Both the position numbers and the translations under genes were made by a program. Shown piece by piece: positions 9,601-17,967 of a stretch of DNA of 24,255 nt. How positions within the stretch are numbered: position 1 is the first letter of the stretch; each line of letters opens with the position of its first letter. Under the pieces are notes generated by a model. The model was not told where the DNA came from, made no database searches, and saw only the letters and a program-made list of their open reading frames with translations. This stretch comes from an uncultured virus (IMG/VR IMGVR_UViG_3300030109_003613). Its lineage: Duplodnaviria > Heunggongvirae > Uroviricota > Caudoviricetes. The stretch lies in IMG/VR virus record IMGVR_UViG_3300030109_003613, one strand, 5' to 3'.

Positions 9601-11081
9601 CATGTTCCTCCTGGAGGAGAAATAAAATTAGCATCCCATGTACCATCTAAATAACTAGCATTAATTGTATTTCCATCACAATCTTTACTTGTTGTAATAA
9701 AATAACTAGGACTATTTTGCTGTAAACAAACTTCAAGATCTGGTATATTAGCTCCTGTATAACAAGTATTTAAATTATCAGCATATCCAATTGTATTAGC
9801 AAAATTTAAAAATTTTATAGTTGGGTTATCAAAATCTGGCACTCCTGCAAAAGTTGGCATATCTGATAATTGAAATGCATTACTCCCATTTAACATTGCT
9901 TCTTGTATAGCAAATGTTAATTCAAAAACATTAATTGCATTTAACATTGCAGGACTTAAATCTAATAATTGATTATAAGATTGCTCTTGAATTTGTAATC
10001 TAATAGCATTAAATCCTTGCATATCAGAAACACTAGCATCAGGTCCTAATACATAACCTCCTACTATACTTTGTTGCCAAGATTTTGGAACATTTACATT
10101 TACTCCAGCTTGAGTTTGTGTAGCATGCCAATCATCAGTTTGACCTATAGTCATATCTGAATATACATTAGTTTGAGAAGTATTATGAAAAGCTATTCCT
10201 TTAGAAATTCCTTCTGCATAGCCAACATTACTTGCTAATGTAGCATTAACAGATGCATTCCAATCATCATATCTAACTAAAGTATTATCTGTATTTGGAG
10301 TAATAAAATTTAAATAATAAGCATCTCCAGCTGCAGTTCCTGGACTACTTATTTTATTATAATTACTAAATTGATAATCTCCTTGTAAACCAGCAGTTAT
10401 CTCACCTGTTGCTGCACTACCAACACAATTTTCGATATTTCTACTTTCAGAAAAAACATTACTTCCATCTGAAAATACACTGCCTGAACTTTCTTGTCCT
10501 GCTATATTTACTGTATGTCTAGTAAGAGTACCACTTTGCCATCTAACATCTATAACAAATGTTTGCATAGCAAGTGAGGCATTATTAGGAAATTGTAGTT
10601 CAAAATAATGTGTTTGACCTAATGCATTATAATGTGTTACACCATTTAAAACTGGTTGTGGATAAGGAGCTGGATACGCTGATGATACATCTACTACTTT
10701 ATCACATACAACACAAGCACTATAACTAACAATTACTATAGGATTACCTCCTTTATGAGAAGAATGTCTAAATCCGTATACAGTAGCATATCTTTTATCA
10801 AAAGGTATTTGAGCATTTCTTGCAAATTTTGCAATAGCCTGATCTGTATTTATTTTTGAATTTTTAGTAAATTTTTCTCTTGCTGCTTGTTTAGCAGTTT
10901 GCTGTCTTCTTTTAAATTTTTCTTTTTGAGAAAGTTGTGCATTAAAAGCATTATAAGCACCTGAATCTGTAGATGCTAATTCTTTAAGAATTTCATTACT
11001 AGAACTAGATGATTCACGAGACGTTTCAGATCTTTCTGACCCTCTAGAACTACCACCATATCTGTCTTCTTCTGTTGCCAT
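6603..11081 (-). CDS. Giant (1492 aa) adhesin-like virion protein with SprB-like and GCxD-DDGSC repeats and a hub-like C-terminus
   Basis: About 8 GCxDxxAxNY...DDxSC repeats; three DG(S/E/T)(I/F)...Y.V.V.D..GC SprB-like units; helical Cys-containing C-terminus ending FARNFCKDC. Confidence 0.7.
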   Translation of the reverse strand: MATEEDRYGGSSRGSERSETSRESSSSSNEILKELASTDSGAYNAFNAQLSQKEKFKRRQQTAKQAAREKFTKNSKINTDQAIAKFARNAQIPFDKRYATVYGFRHSSHKGGNPIVIVSYSACVVCDKVVDVSSAYPAPYPQPVLNGVTHYNALGQTHYFELQFPNNASLAMQTFVIDVRWQSGTLTRHTVNIAGQESSGSVFSDGSNVFSESRNIENCVGSAATGEITAGLQGDYQFSNYNKISSPGTAAGDAYYLNFITPNTDNTLVRYDDWNASVNATLASNVGYAEGISKGIAFHNTSQTNVYSDMTIGQTDDWHATQTQAGVNVNVPKSWQQSIVGGYVLGPDASVSDMQGFNAIRLQIQEQSYNQLLDLSPAMLNAINVFELTFAIQEAMLNGSNAFQLSDMPTFAGVPDFDNPTIKFLNFANTIGYADNLNTCYTGANIPDLEVCLQQNSPSYFITTSKDCDGNTINASYLDGTWDANFISPPGGTCCAVDCSGFQAAAQSSNATFGTADGSITIDMTDPSLGGANGLGTPFSTGHYTYTISHPSLTITQDAPPTGGNTASISCTTNTTSGTEHQVTVGSADDQITTGMRVTGTGIPTNSFVGQALAGDIGSDASGLTQFELVDINGNQVSATAAGTNTLVFSAGYKHTWGSLLPTTGVLPYQCTVTDDAGCVDTFNVYINENPAVTGCTTSSALNYNALAVIDDNSCAYCDATSGWVQDADGTSILQLFEVLNLTTQPTTNSSATDGEFSVQFLVDPLLLALQLTASFTYEITLYKLSIAGDETSIIGSAVATQTGLASPVHNFTGLAYAHYGAKIKINDGTGSTIEIEECFSWGFGSVQTKVCMDTSADNYNVSVPADLAISNPTLCTYTCPLSFSNISYVVGCWGAQAQFMLESTLGGTIDLQWYVDGSPYTSQNPTTYTIGPNNPMIIQSDQIAHPDPTITMKVEIGFTNAAGVFICLEDISFGTATLPVCGCMDSTAVNYNPAATVDDNSCISCDYGCMDPNALNFNPTATCDDGTCMYPVGGCMDQLAANYNQGATYDDGSCIYYACLDPSAININYDCNGNYVPNANYNDTSCCTYCSDPGILPTIDNVTITNATQNTGCLGNQDGTFSFQVNTYNGTNTFSAIVIGPGNTYAWQAINFTTVSNIHQSGTTIYSTAGTQGTQQSSTAEAALYPGAYYILVEDLETGCTVQHDFSVSMDTSAGCTDPNAVNYDSTAVCDDGSCQYLGCTNPLAINYAPSAIGDDGSCIYDIPVNPCRLDRNVYPKYLDTVRHCLTIKGYDYRRKIASGLADDCSVLNFWKLTLINYVMFNTDPDLACLYNCEDNATPNDAPVVLTCHEQWVQGGPNTGANHDSTASGFATHTTNADTGTEILDPGNFFASASLQWGDVIKMPSGLIWKLGGNFTTGNPTYNPELPQGALSGNWKLCQDLNTYNFSDNTNYIDNFINFARNFCKDCSTDFGAGNIYTGTFGPVSPSNINY
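7297..9002 (-). repeat. Coding GCxDxxAxNYxxxAxxDDGSC repeats (~24 aa unit)
   Basis: Units near 8930-9000, 8450-8530 (degenerate), four tandem at ~7815-8135, two tandem at ~7300-7437. Confidence 0.9.
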
Positions 11082-11093
11082 TTAATAATTGTT

Positions 11094-11615
11094 TTAACAA
11101 TTACAACCGCAAGTCAGATCACAAATTTCTTTTGCTTTAGTATATTTGTTATAAGCGTCTAATTGATAAGAATTTGTAGAAACATTATTATCTCCTATAT
11201 TAGAACTATCTACAGCTGTTTTAGCTGAATTTAACAATAAAAATATTTTTTGAGCTTTAGCTAGAGATTTTGCACATCTGGCGCAGTCGCATTCACAAGC
11301 TATTAATTCGTTTGTTAGCTTTACTAAACAACAATCTATATCACAATGTAAAAGAACTAATTTTTCTTCTACTTGAGTTCCGTTTTCCTCTAAAGTAACT
11401 AAATACACTCCACCTACTGTACTATTATCAGTTTGAACAGTAAAGTTCCATGAAGCATATCCACTTCCTGGATAAGTTACAAAATTAGAGTCAACAACTT
11501 GATTTGTTGCTGCGTCTATTAATTTAATTGTGCCACCGCTAACTCCTGCAGTATATTGACTAGCTTGTACAGAAATATACTTGCAATTACTTACGGATTG
11601 TACTAGTAATGCCAT
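11094..11615 (-). CDS. Cys-rich structural protein, putative tail hub A-like
   Basis: Ig-like N-terminal half, helical C-terminal half with CDIDCC, CECDCARC and terminal CDLTCGCNC; position matches the hub genes after the auxiliary capsid gene in crAss001. Confidence 0.5.
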   Translation of the reverse strand: MALLVQSVSNCKYISVQASQYTAGVSGGTIKLIDAATNQVVDSNFVTYPGSGYASWNFTVQTDNSTVGGVYLVTLEENGTQVEEKLVLLHCDIDCCLVKLTNELIACECDCARCAKSLAKAQKIFLLLNSAKTAVDSSNIGDNNVSTNSYQLDAYNKYTKAKEICDLTCGCNC

Positions 11616-11628
11616 AATTTTGATTTAT

Positions 11629-11668
11629 AAAAAAAGACCGATAGGGGGACCAAGCCCCCTATAAGTCT
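11629..11668 (-). terminator. Rho-independent terminator ending the capsid transcript
   Basis: Minus strand AGAC-TT-ATAGGGGG-CTTGGT-CCCCCTAT-CG-GTCT followed by a T run, just after the 11684 stop. Confidence 0.85.
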
Positions 11669-11683
11669 TATTAATTTAAGAGA

Positions 11684-12187
11684 TTATGATAAATCTCCAG
11701 TTTGTACGTATTCTACGAACAAAGTAAGTTTACCTGCATCAATTGCGTGATCATTGTTAAGAGTTAACAATAATTCCTTATCTGCAGTTAATGCAACCAT
11801 AGTAGCATCTCTTGCTATACCCATGTTAAGTGCTGTTAAAGCACCACCATCTAAAGCATAGTTATCAATTAATGTCATACCAATACCTGCTGCATATTGT
11901 ACAGTATTACATGCAACTGCTGCAATAAATGCTCCTGTAGCTCCAGTATAACCTAAAGCTAATGTTGTTGAGTTATCTCCATCGTCAGTAACTGCTGTTT
12001 CACAATACGTCCAAGCCCTTGTAATTAAAGCTCCTTCAGGGATAATTACGCTATATCCTTCAACATAACCATTATCGCTATTTGTGCTTGTTCCAGGAGC
12101 ATAAGATTTGTTAGTAGCTAAAGTACCACTAGCACTTATATCCCAAACCGCTTTTACGACTACTGGATTTACTATATTATTTGCCAT
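11684..12187 (-). CDS. Capsid decoration/cement-like jelly-roll protein
   Basis: IPEGALITRAW...ETAV...TTLALG...AGKLTLFVEY pattern resembling BPP-1 Bbp16-type cement proteins; shares the MCP leader. Confidence 0.55.
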   Translation of the reverse strand: MANNIVNPVVVKAVWDISASGTLATNKSYAPGTSTNSDNGYVEGYSVIIPEGALITRAWTYCETAVTDDGDNSTTLALGYTGATGAFIAAVACNTVQYAAGIGMTLIDNYALDGGALTALNMGIARDATMVALTADKELLLTLNNDHAIDAGKLTLFVEYVQTGDLS

Positions 12188-12211
12188 TTTTTCTATTTTT
12201 TAAAAGTTAAT
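12183..12211 (-). promoter_or_regulatory. Shared capsid-gene leader, copy 3
   Basis: ATTAACTTTTAAAAAATAGAAAAAATGGC. Confidence 0.7.
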
Positions 12212-12212
12212 A

Positions 12213-13142
12213 TTATAAATTTACGTTTGCGAATCCAGCTGATAATAAGTAAGGATTAAGAACCCCCTCTAACGCTGAAGTCAAAGCTGCTGTTCCATTA
12301 TCAAAAGCTATGTTTAACTCGATAATATTATCAACACCATGAATTTGTGAACTAGAAGATCCGTCTTTAGTAGCTGCAATGCAGTACATATCATAAGGTT
12401 CTGCTACCTCAGTTACTAAACTTGGAGTAACAGGAAGTTCAATTCTGTTGTAATAACCGTATTGAGCTCCTCTTAAGTCTTCTTCTAACTGTTTTACGTA
12501 GTATCCATCACCAGCACCTCTGTTTGCTGCTGAAGTTGCATCTACATCTACAGTTACTGTAGTTGTGTCCCAGTCTCCGCTATTATCTGCAAAGTCCCAA
12601 AGAACTACGTCTCCTTGAACAGATCCGTCTGCTTTAGTTTCACCTTTCTTATAACCAGTAATAGTTATAGTTCCTGATGAATCAGAACATGTTTTAATCC
12701 AATGAGGAAGATCTGCGTTAATTGCTACAGCTAAAGCAGCTGATACTACTGTATTTGCATTACCGCTTGCTACTGAAATTTCATAAGACTTTAATTCAAA
12801 TGGTTCTGCACCATTAGTCTTATTAATAAGTTTACACTCTAAAGTGTACGCAGCGCCAGCTGTGCCAGAAAAAGCTAAAGTACCTACTTGTGCTACTTGT
12901 GCAACATGAGATTTACCACTCCAGTTAATTACGTCTTTACCATAAACCCAAGGACTTACAATATTAGTTGTTCCATTCCCTTGTACAATTCTAAATTGTG
13001 CAGAGTCTGCGATTGTGTCTCCAGGTAACATTGGTGTAGGTCCTGAAGCGCTTAATTTTTGGATGTCTAATGCACCATTAGCTAATACTCCACTAGAGTA
13101 AGAAACTGCTACATCATTTCCAATATACAAATGTCTTGCCAT
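12213..13142 (-). CDS. Auxiliary capsid protein (crAss001 gp36-like)
   Basis: 309 aa, beta-rich; C-terminal GxGDGYYVKQLEEDLRG...YNR...P...YD pattern; follows the ring gene; shares its leader with MCP. Confidence 0.6.
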   Translation of the reverse strand: MARHLYIGNDVAVSYSSGVLANGALDIQKLSASGPTPMLPGDTIADSAQFRIVQGNGTTNIVSPWVYGKDVINWSGKSHVAQVAQVGTLAFSGTAGAAYTLECKLINKTNGAEPFELKSYEISVASGNANTVVSAALAVAINADLPHWIKTCSDSSGTITITGYKKGETKADGSVQGDVVLWDFADNSGDWDTTTVTVDVDATSAANRGAGDGYYVKQLEEDLRGAQYGYYNRIELPVTPSLVTEVAEPYDMYCIAATKDGSSSSQIHGVDNIIELNIAFDNGTAALTSALEGVLNPYLLSAGFANVNL

Positions 13143-13165
13143 TTTTTCTAAATTTTAAAATTAAT
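13138..13165 (-). promoter_or_regulatory. Shared capsid-gene leader, copy 2
   Basis: ATTAATTTTAAAATTTAGAAAAAATGGC. Confidence 0.65.
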
Positions 13166-13169
13166 AAAT

Positions 13170-14360
13170 TTATTCATTTTTACTCAACTCTATTTGTTGA
13201 GATTTATATCGAGGGTCACTAATCGCCTCTAAAATACTGCTCACTGTCATATCCACTATCTCTTGATGAGAGTGTTCAGGCAGTTCACAATCTGTGCCCA
13301 AATTTAAGGAAATTTCGGCAGGTTTTCTAATATATGTGATTTTTACATTATCTATTATAAATATATCACTCGTGTATATATCTATTGAGTTTCCTGAGAT
13401 TGTTGTCAAAGGATTTGTATACTTTGTTGTGTTAAATGGATCATCTAACATTGTAAATATATCGTCATGCTGTATAAACTTATTTGGAGAATTTATACGT
13501 TCTATATTCGAAGATGTAACATCTCGTTTAGCACCCATAGCACTATCTGCATATTGTGCATATACAGTTTTATTAATAGAGAAATCTGGGTTTGTAGAAA
13601 CTAATGCAGTTGGTTGTGATAATCCAGATGCAGTATTTGTTACAGATGAATCCCAATTTACCCAAGTGTGTATATCAGTATCAACTACTACAATAAATTC
13701 ACCTGGAGCAACAATACTTCCAAATTCTTCCCAATAAATTTGCATTCCAGTTTGACTAACTATTCCATTATTATTTAGAATTTCATCTTTAATTACTTCT
13801 AAAGAATCAGGATATGTAAAACCATTATTTTGAGGTAAATTTGCCCATATTGGTGCATACCCTGAAGCAGAGCTAGCAGGCCAATCAGTTATATCAGCAG
13901 TTATTCCTACTAAACCAACTAAAGTATCACTACTAAAAGAAGCTGCAGCTTGTAAAAAATCTAAACCAAATGTAAAATAAGTTACAGGTTTATTTTGAGT
14001 TAAAGTAAATTCTAAAGGTTCACACTTGTCTATAATTACAGTAGACCTTTGATTAACTAGATACATATAATCATTAGGAAGTTGATATGAATCAATAAAA
14101 AATTTCTGACTATATTGTCCCTTATAAATAGTAGGATTAGAATCCTCTCTAATTAAAGTTCTAAGATCATCAATTCTTTTTTGACTTTCTTCAAAACCTT
14201 TTCTATGCAGATTATTTCTACCATATTTGGTATTAATAAACTTTATTTGAGCTTTATTAAGTTCAATGTCAATTTCTTCTGATAATAGCATATCAGCTTG
14301 GAATGAATTTATTTTATCCACTCCTTGCTGAACTGCTAAATGCATCTCGTTTACATTCAT
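13170..14360 (-). CDS. Ring / head-tail connector protein (crAss 'gene 74'-like) with internal insertion
   Basis: N-terminal EEIDIELNKAQ, GFEESQKRIDDLR, LPNDYMY; C-terminal TYIRKP...CELPEHSHQEIVD pattern of crAss ring proteins. Confidence 0.75.
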   Translation of the reverse strand: MNVNEMHLAVQQGVDKINSFQADMLLSEEIDIELNKAQIKFINTKYGRNNLHRKGFEESQKRIDDLRTLIREDSNPTIYKGQYSQKFFIDSYQLPNDYMYLVNQRSTVIIDKCEPLEFTLTQNKPVTYFTFGLDFLQAAASFSSDTLVGLVGITADITDWPASSASGYAPIWANLPQNNGFTYPDSLEVIKDEILNNNGIVSQTGMQIYWEEFGSIVAPGEFIVVVDTDIHTWVNWDSSVTNTASGLSQPTALVSTNPDFSINKTVYAQYADSAMGAKRDVTSSNIERINSPNKFIQHDDIFTMLDDPFNTTKYTNPLTTISGNSIDIYTSDIFIIDNVKITYIRKPAEISLNLGTDCELPEHSHQEIVDMTVSSILEAISDPRYKSQQIELSKNE

Positions 14361-14361
14361 A

Positions 14362-15174
14362 TTATACTAACGATAATTCTTTAAGTTTTGCTCTTAAAAT
14401 TGTTAACGTACCAGAATTCTTTTTATCCTTAAGATAAACAACAGTATCGTCCATATCGTCTCCAAGTACTTCATCAATATAAATTACTTGGTTTCCAATC
14501 TTTCTTAAAACTCCAGCTGAAATCATTTCGTTTACTTCTGCTTTTAATTCTAAGTTCTTATCAGTTGCTATTCTTAAGAATTTTTTAGGATTCTTACCTT
14601 TAATTTCATAAAGAGCGTTTTCAACTTGCTCTTCAGTCATCCTGTCTGGATTTGTATTAGATAGTAATCGTAAAACTCTTTTCATTGACTTAATATTAGA
14701 TGAAAGTTTAATAAACTCTTTATCTGCGTCTTTATTAAGTTGAATTTTGTTATTTTTTACTTTGTCGTCTCTACTCAAATCTTGAATATAAAAACGTTTA
14801 CCAAAGTCACTATCCATTTCATCCTTAGTTAAAGCTACATGTGGATGAGCTAAAGCAAATCTATACTTAATATAATCCATAATATTTAATGGAGTTCCAT
14901 TTTCATCTAGACCAATTTCTAACTCAACACCTGTAAACCCTACAGGAATTGTAAGTTCTGCCCAGTAATTTTTAGAATGTTTTGGCCAATCTTGATGATC
15001 AGGACTAACATCTAAAATTCCGTTCATAAACTTTTTTTCCTCTTCTAAGGAAAATCCTTTTAGAGGCTGTCTATTTACATAGACACTACTGAGCTTCATT
15101 ACAGCTTCAGCTTTCACTGCCTTTGGCAAGTGATTCATGACGTCTTTACGTCTTAAAGTTACTTTTTTATTCAT
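14362..15174 (-). CDS. Conserved crAss-like post-MCP protein ('gene 75'-like), 270 aa
   Basis: PLNIMDYIKYRFALAHPHVA motif and position after MCP; start moved to ATG 15174 (MNKKV) because the listed TTG start reads through the hairpins. Confidence 0.72.
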   Translation of the reverse strand: MNKKVTLRRKDVMNHLPKAVKAEAVMKLSSVYVNRQPLKGFSLEEEKKFMNGILDVSPDHQDWPKHSKNYWAELTIPVGFTGVELEIGLDENGTPLNIMDYIKYRFALAHPHVALTKDEMDSDFGKRFYIQDLSRDDKVKNNKIQLNKDADKEFIKLSSNIKSMKRVLRLLSNTNPDRMTEEQVENALYEIKGKNPKKFLRIATDKNLELKAEVNEMISAGVLRKIGNQVIYIDEVLGDDMDDTVVYLKDKKNSGTLTILRAKLKELSLV

Positions 15175-15200
15175 TTCAGTTCTTTTTTTAATTGTTATTA

Positions 15201-15268
15201 ATAGGGTGGGAAGAATAACTCCCCTATATTTAAAATCAAGAGGCGGGGGGATAAACCCCCACGCTCTC
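15201..15268 (-). terminator. Two tandem GC-rich hairpins downstream of MCP (terminator/attenuator or mRNA stabiliser)
   Basis: GAGAGCGTGGGGG-TTTAT-CCCCCCGCCTC (15240-15268) followed by TTGATTTT; then ATAGGGGAG-TTATT-CTTCCCACCCTAT (15201-15227). Confidence 0.65.
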
Positions 15269-15305
15269 AACTAAAAACCAATATATAGACTGCGTTTCCG
15301 CCAAA

Positions 15306-16760
15306 TTAAGATGCTGTACAAGTGATGTCAAGCGAAGTATCAAATCTCCTAAGAGCAATACCAGCTGTTTTCAACATATGTACAGACGCCCCGTCAACGT
15401 CAGACGCTCTAGAAGAAGTTGATTCAAATCCTCTAGGAACAACTGAACCAGCTACACACCATCTCATAGACTCACGACCTTTTTTATTGATCATTTGTAG
15501 GTTGTTTTGTCCATCATAATTTGATTGATCAACAAATACCATTCTATAAGATTCAAGTGAATAACCTGTTACAGGGTGTTTTGATCTCGCTTGAGCAACA
15601 GCACCATGGTCAAATAATGGTAATTTTACCACATTAACCGTGTGACCGTCTACGTGCTCGTACGAGTTGAAGTAGCCTGTTAAACCAAGGCTTCTTCCAG
15701 AGCCAGTGATGAATCTGTTCTCTCCACCAACTTTCCATGATCCTGCAGATCCTGAGAAGTGATTTTTAAGAGCTTCATCAAATTCTCTAGCTCCACCAGT
15801 ACCAGTATAAAGCGTAACTTGCTTTTTACTAGCATCAGTCATTTGATAGAATAAATCACCAATAATGTTTTTCAACTTAGTCTCTGTCATAGTAGAATAA
15901 GTATCAGTATTAACGATTTGCTCTAAAAGACCAGGACCAATAATAACTGGTTGCCCGTTTTCGTCTTTCATGTAAGTATGACCATTTGAGTCATAAGTTT
16001 TTTGTCCGTACCAATAGTACATCTCACATTCTTCTTTAAAGTCAAGCATGTGTAAGTACTCTTCGTAGTCCATCCAAAGTTTAGTAGTTTTTCCACCTTT
16101 TGTTGGAAGTGAAAATTCTGCTACAAAATCTTTAGCGTTTCCAGACATGTGGTAAGATTTACGAACTGTAGTCAGTTTGTTTCTTACTTTACCTGGAGTT
16201 TCCCAGTTAGAAGCGTTACCTCTTGAGAAGTCAACACCAACTGGTGCATACATTTGAGCCCAAAGAGCTCCTGCTGTAATATCTGCTGCTGCAACTGTTG
16301 CTGTAGCTGCTGGATTTACAAGCTGTAAAGTATATTTCCAAGAAGATCCTCCAGCTACTTGCTGTGGTTCTTTCATAATACGAGCTTGTGTCCCAGCTTG
16401 AGATACAATTACGTATGGAAATACGAAATGTTTGTCAGGAAATTCAAGTTCAAAACTTGCTCCTCCTAATCCAACGTTAGACGTTGAAGATGGTGTTGCT
16501 GCTACCGGTCTTGTTCTCAATCTGTGTGTTGCCACTCTATACTCATATTCTAAGCGATCGATAGACTTAACATTACCAACACCTTCTGTTAAGAAAGATA
16601 ATGGGAATCTTTTATCATCTTTACCCGCTAAGTGAGTAATGATTGGAGATAATTCAGTAGGCTTAGACAACAACGCATTTGCCAGACTGTTCATGTCAGT
16701 CATCTGTGAATCGTTATAAAACGTTTTTTGCACAGAGATGTTTGTTCCGTTTAAAGCCAT
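15306..16760 (-). CDS. Major capsid protein (crAss-like, HK97 fold)
   Basis: 484 aa; crAss MCP-like motifs RNKLTTVRKS, GPGLLEQI, YTGTGGAREF, LPLFDHG...HPVTGYSLESYR; canonical synteny. Confidence 0.93.
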   Translation of the reverse strand: MALNGTNISVQKTFYNDSQMTDMNSLANALLSKPTELSPIITHLAGKDDKRFPLSFLTEGVGNVKSIDRLEYEYRVATHRLRTRPVAATPSSTSNVGLGGASFELEFPDKHFVFPYVIVSQAGTQARIMKEPQQVAGGSSWKYTLQLVNPAATATVAAADITAGALWAQMYAPVGVDFSRGNASNWETPGKVRNKLTTVRKSYHMSGNAKDFVAEFSLPTKGGKTTKLWMDYEEYLHMLDFKEECEMYYWYGQKTYDSNGHTYMKDENGQPVIIGPGLLEQIVNTDTYSTMTETKLKNIIGDLFYQMTDASKKQVTLYTGTGGAREFDEALKNHFSGSAGSWKVGGENRFITGSGRSLGLTGYFNSYEHVDGHTVNVVKLPLFDHGAVAQARSKHPVTGYSLESYRMVFVDQSNYDGQNNLQMINKKGRESMRWCVAGSVVPRGFESTSSRASDVDGASVHMLKTAGIALRRFDTSLDITCTAS

Positions 16761-16785
16761 TTTTCTCTAATTTTTAAAAGTTAAT
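16756..16785 (-). promoter_or_regulatory. Shared capsid-gene leader, copy 1 (MCP)
   Basis: ATTAACTTTTAAAAATTAGAGAAAAATGGC; near-identical to copies at 13138-13165 and 12183-12211. Confidence 0.7.
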
Positions 16786-16804
16786 TGCATTTTAAAATTG
16801 CCAT

Positions 16805-17947
16805 TTATATACTAAGATCTAAATCATCAAGGTTAACATTTTTAGTTCGTCTAGTAGATCGTTTAGCGCTTTTTACAGCCTCTTCATTTTTACCAATCTT
16901 ATCTCTTAACGATTTTGCGCTCTTAGTACGCGCTTTTGTGTCAATCATTTTACTAAGGTCGAAACCTTTAAACATTAAATAATCAACTGCTAATTTAACT
17001 TCTAAATCAGCATTAGTATGATCCAAATCTCTTTGAGTCTTACCTTCTTTATTTACAGGGGTTGTAAGATAATCAAAAAACTTATCTTTTTCTCTTGATG
17101 GGATTGGTATCCCAGCAACTTGATCGTTTTCATCTATTGTCTTAGCAACTCCACTCCAAAATTCATTCATCTGCGCTTCTTGTTCTCTTTGTGAAACTTT
17201 TTGTTGTTCCAACATTTGAGATCTTTGAGCATTTTGCATTTTAGCTAAAGCATCTTTAGCTTGTCCTGCTTTATTGTATAATTTACCACTATCTTCTAAA
17301 TCATTTATCATTTCATTAATAAATTCTTTGTCGTGGCCTTTTATATTAAAGTACTCACCTAAAAGCGCTTTTTGAGTCGCGTGATCTTTTTCATCAAGAG
17401 TAAACTCTCCATAATCTGAAAGAGGATCATTTGATCTCATAAATTGTTTTGAATCTCCTCCTGACAAAACATATTCTAAATGTTGTTTTACTAGAGGAAA
17501 AGCCTCTAAAACTTCATCTATTCTATCATCTGCCATTTGAGATGCAATATCCGATGTCATTTCTGCAAGTCCCTCAGCGGTATCTGCGTACTTAGCATCG
17601 CTTTCATATCCTAATTTAGTTAGAACTTCTGATACTACTGTATCTTCTTCAGTTTCATTTTCAGGATCTATATCTTTGTCTTCTTCTTCTTCTTCTGTTT
17701 CTTCAACTTTTTCTTGTTGTTCAACTTCTTCTTCTTCTTCCTCTTCTTCTTCTTTAGATTCTGCTGGCGCTTCTAAGCCATCTACTTCTAACTCATCAAT
17801 AGCATCTTCTTTTGCTACTTCTTCTTTAGGTTCTTCTTTTGTTTCCGGTGCGGCAGGTTCTGCTACTGCAACGGTGTCGATTCCATCACCTCCGATGACA
17901 TCATCGAAGCTAATATCGTCTAGTTGTATTCTTTCATTTGGGTCCAT
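16805..17947 (-). CDS. Acidic scaffold-like protein preceding MCP (crAss 'gene 77'-like)
   Basis: Very acidic, disordered N-terminal ~100 aa, helical core, basic C-terminus; directly upstream of MCP as in crAss-like phages. Confidence 0.7.
   Translation of the reverse strand: MDPNERIQLDDISFDDVIGGDGIDTVAVAEPAAPETKEEPKEEVAKEDAIDELEVDGLEAPAESKEEEEEEEEEVEQQEKVEETEEEEEDKDIDPENETEEDTVVSEVLTKLGYESDAKYADTAEGLAEMTSDIASQMADDRIDEVLEAFPLVKQHLEYVLSGGDSKQFMRSNDPLSDYGEFTLDEKDHATQKALLGEYFNIKGHDKEFINEMINDLEDSGKLYNKAGQAKDALAKMQNAQRSQMLEQQKVSQREQEAQMNEFWSGVAKTIDENDQVAGIPIPSREKDKFFDYLTTPVNKEGKTQRDLDHTNADLEVKLAVDYLMFKGFDLSKMIDTKARTKSAKSLRDKIGKNEEAVKSAKRSTRRTKNVNLDDLDLSI
17678..17752 (-). repeat. Coding (GAA)n poly-Glu low-complexity tract
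   Basis: Runs of TCT/TTC on the plus strand encoding EEEEEEEEE and EEEEE. Confidence 0.85.
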
Positions 17948-17967
17948 ATTATATAGTTTTTAAGTTA

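Noticed and set aside
15175..15270. N-terminal 32 codons of the listed 302-aa ORF
   Set aside because: TTG start reading through GC-rich hairpins; ATG 15174 has a normal A-rich leader.
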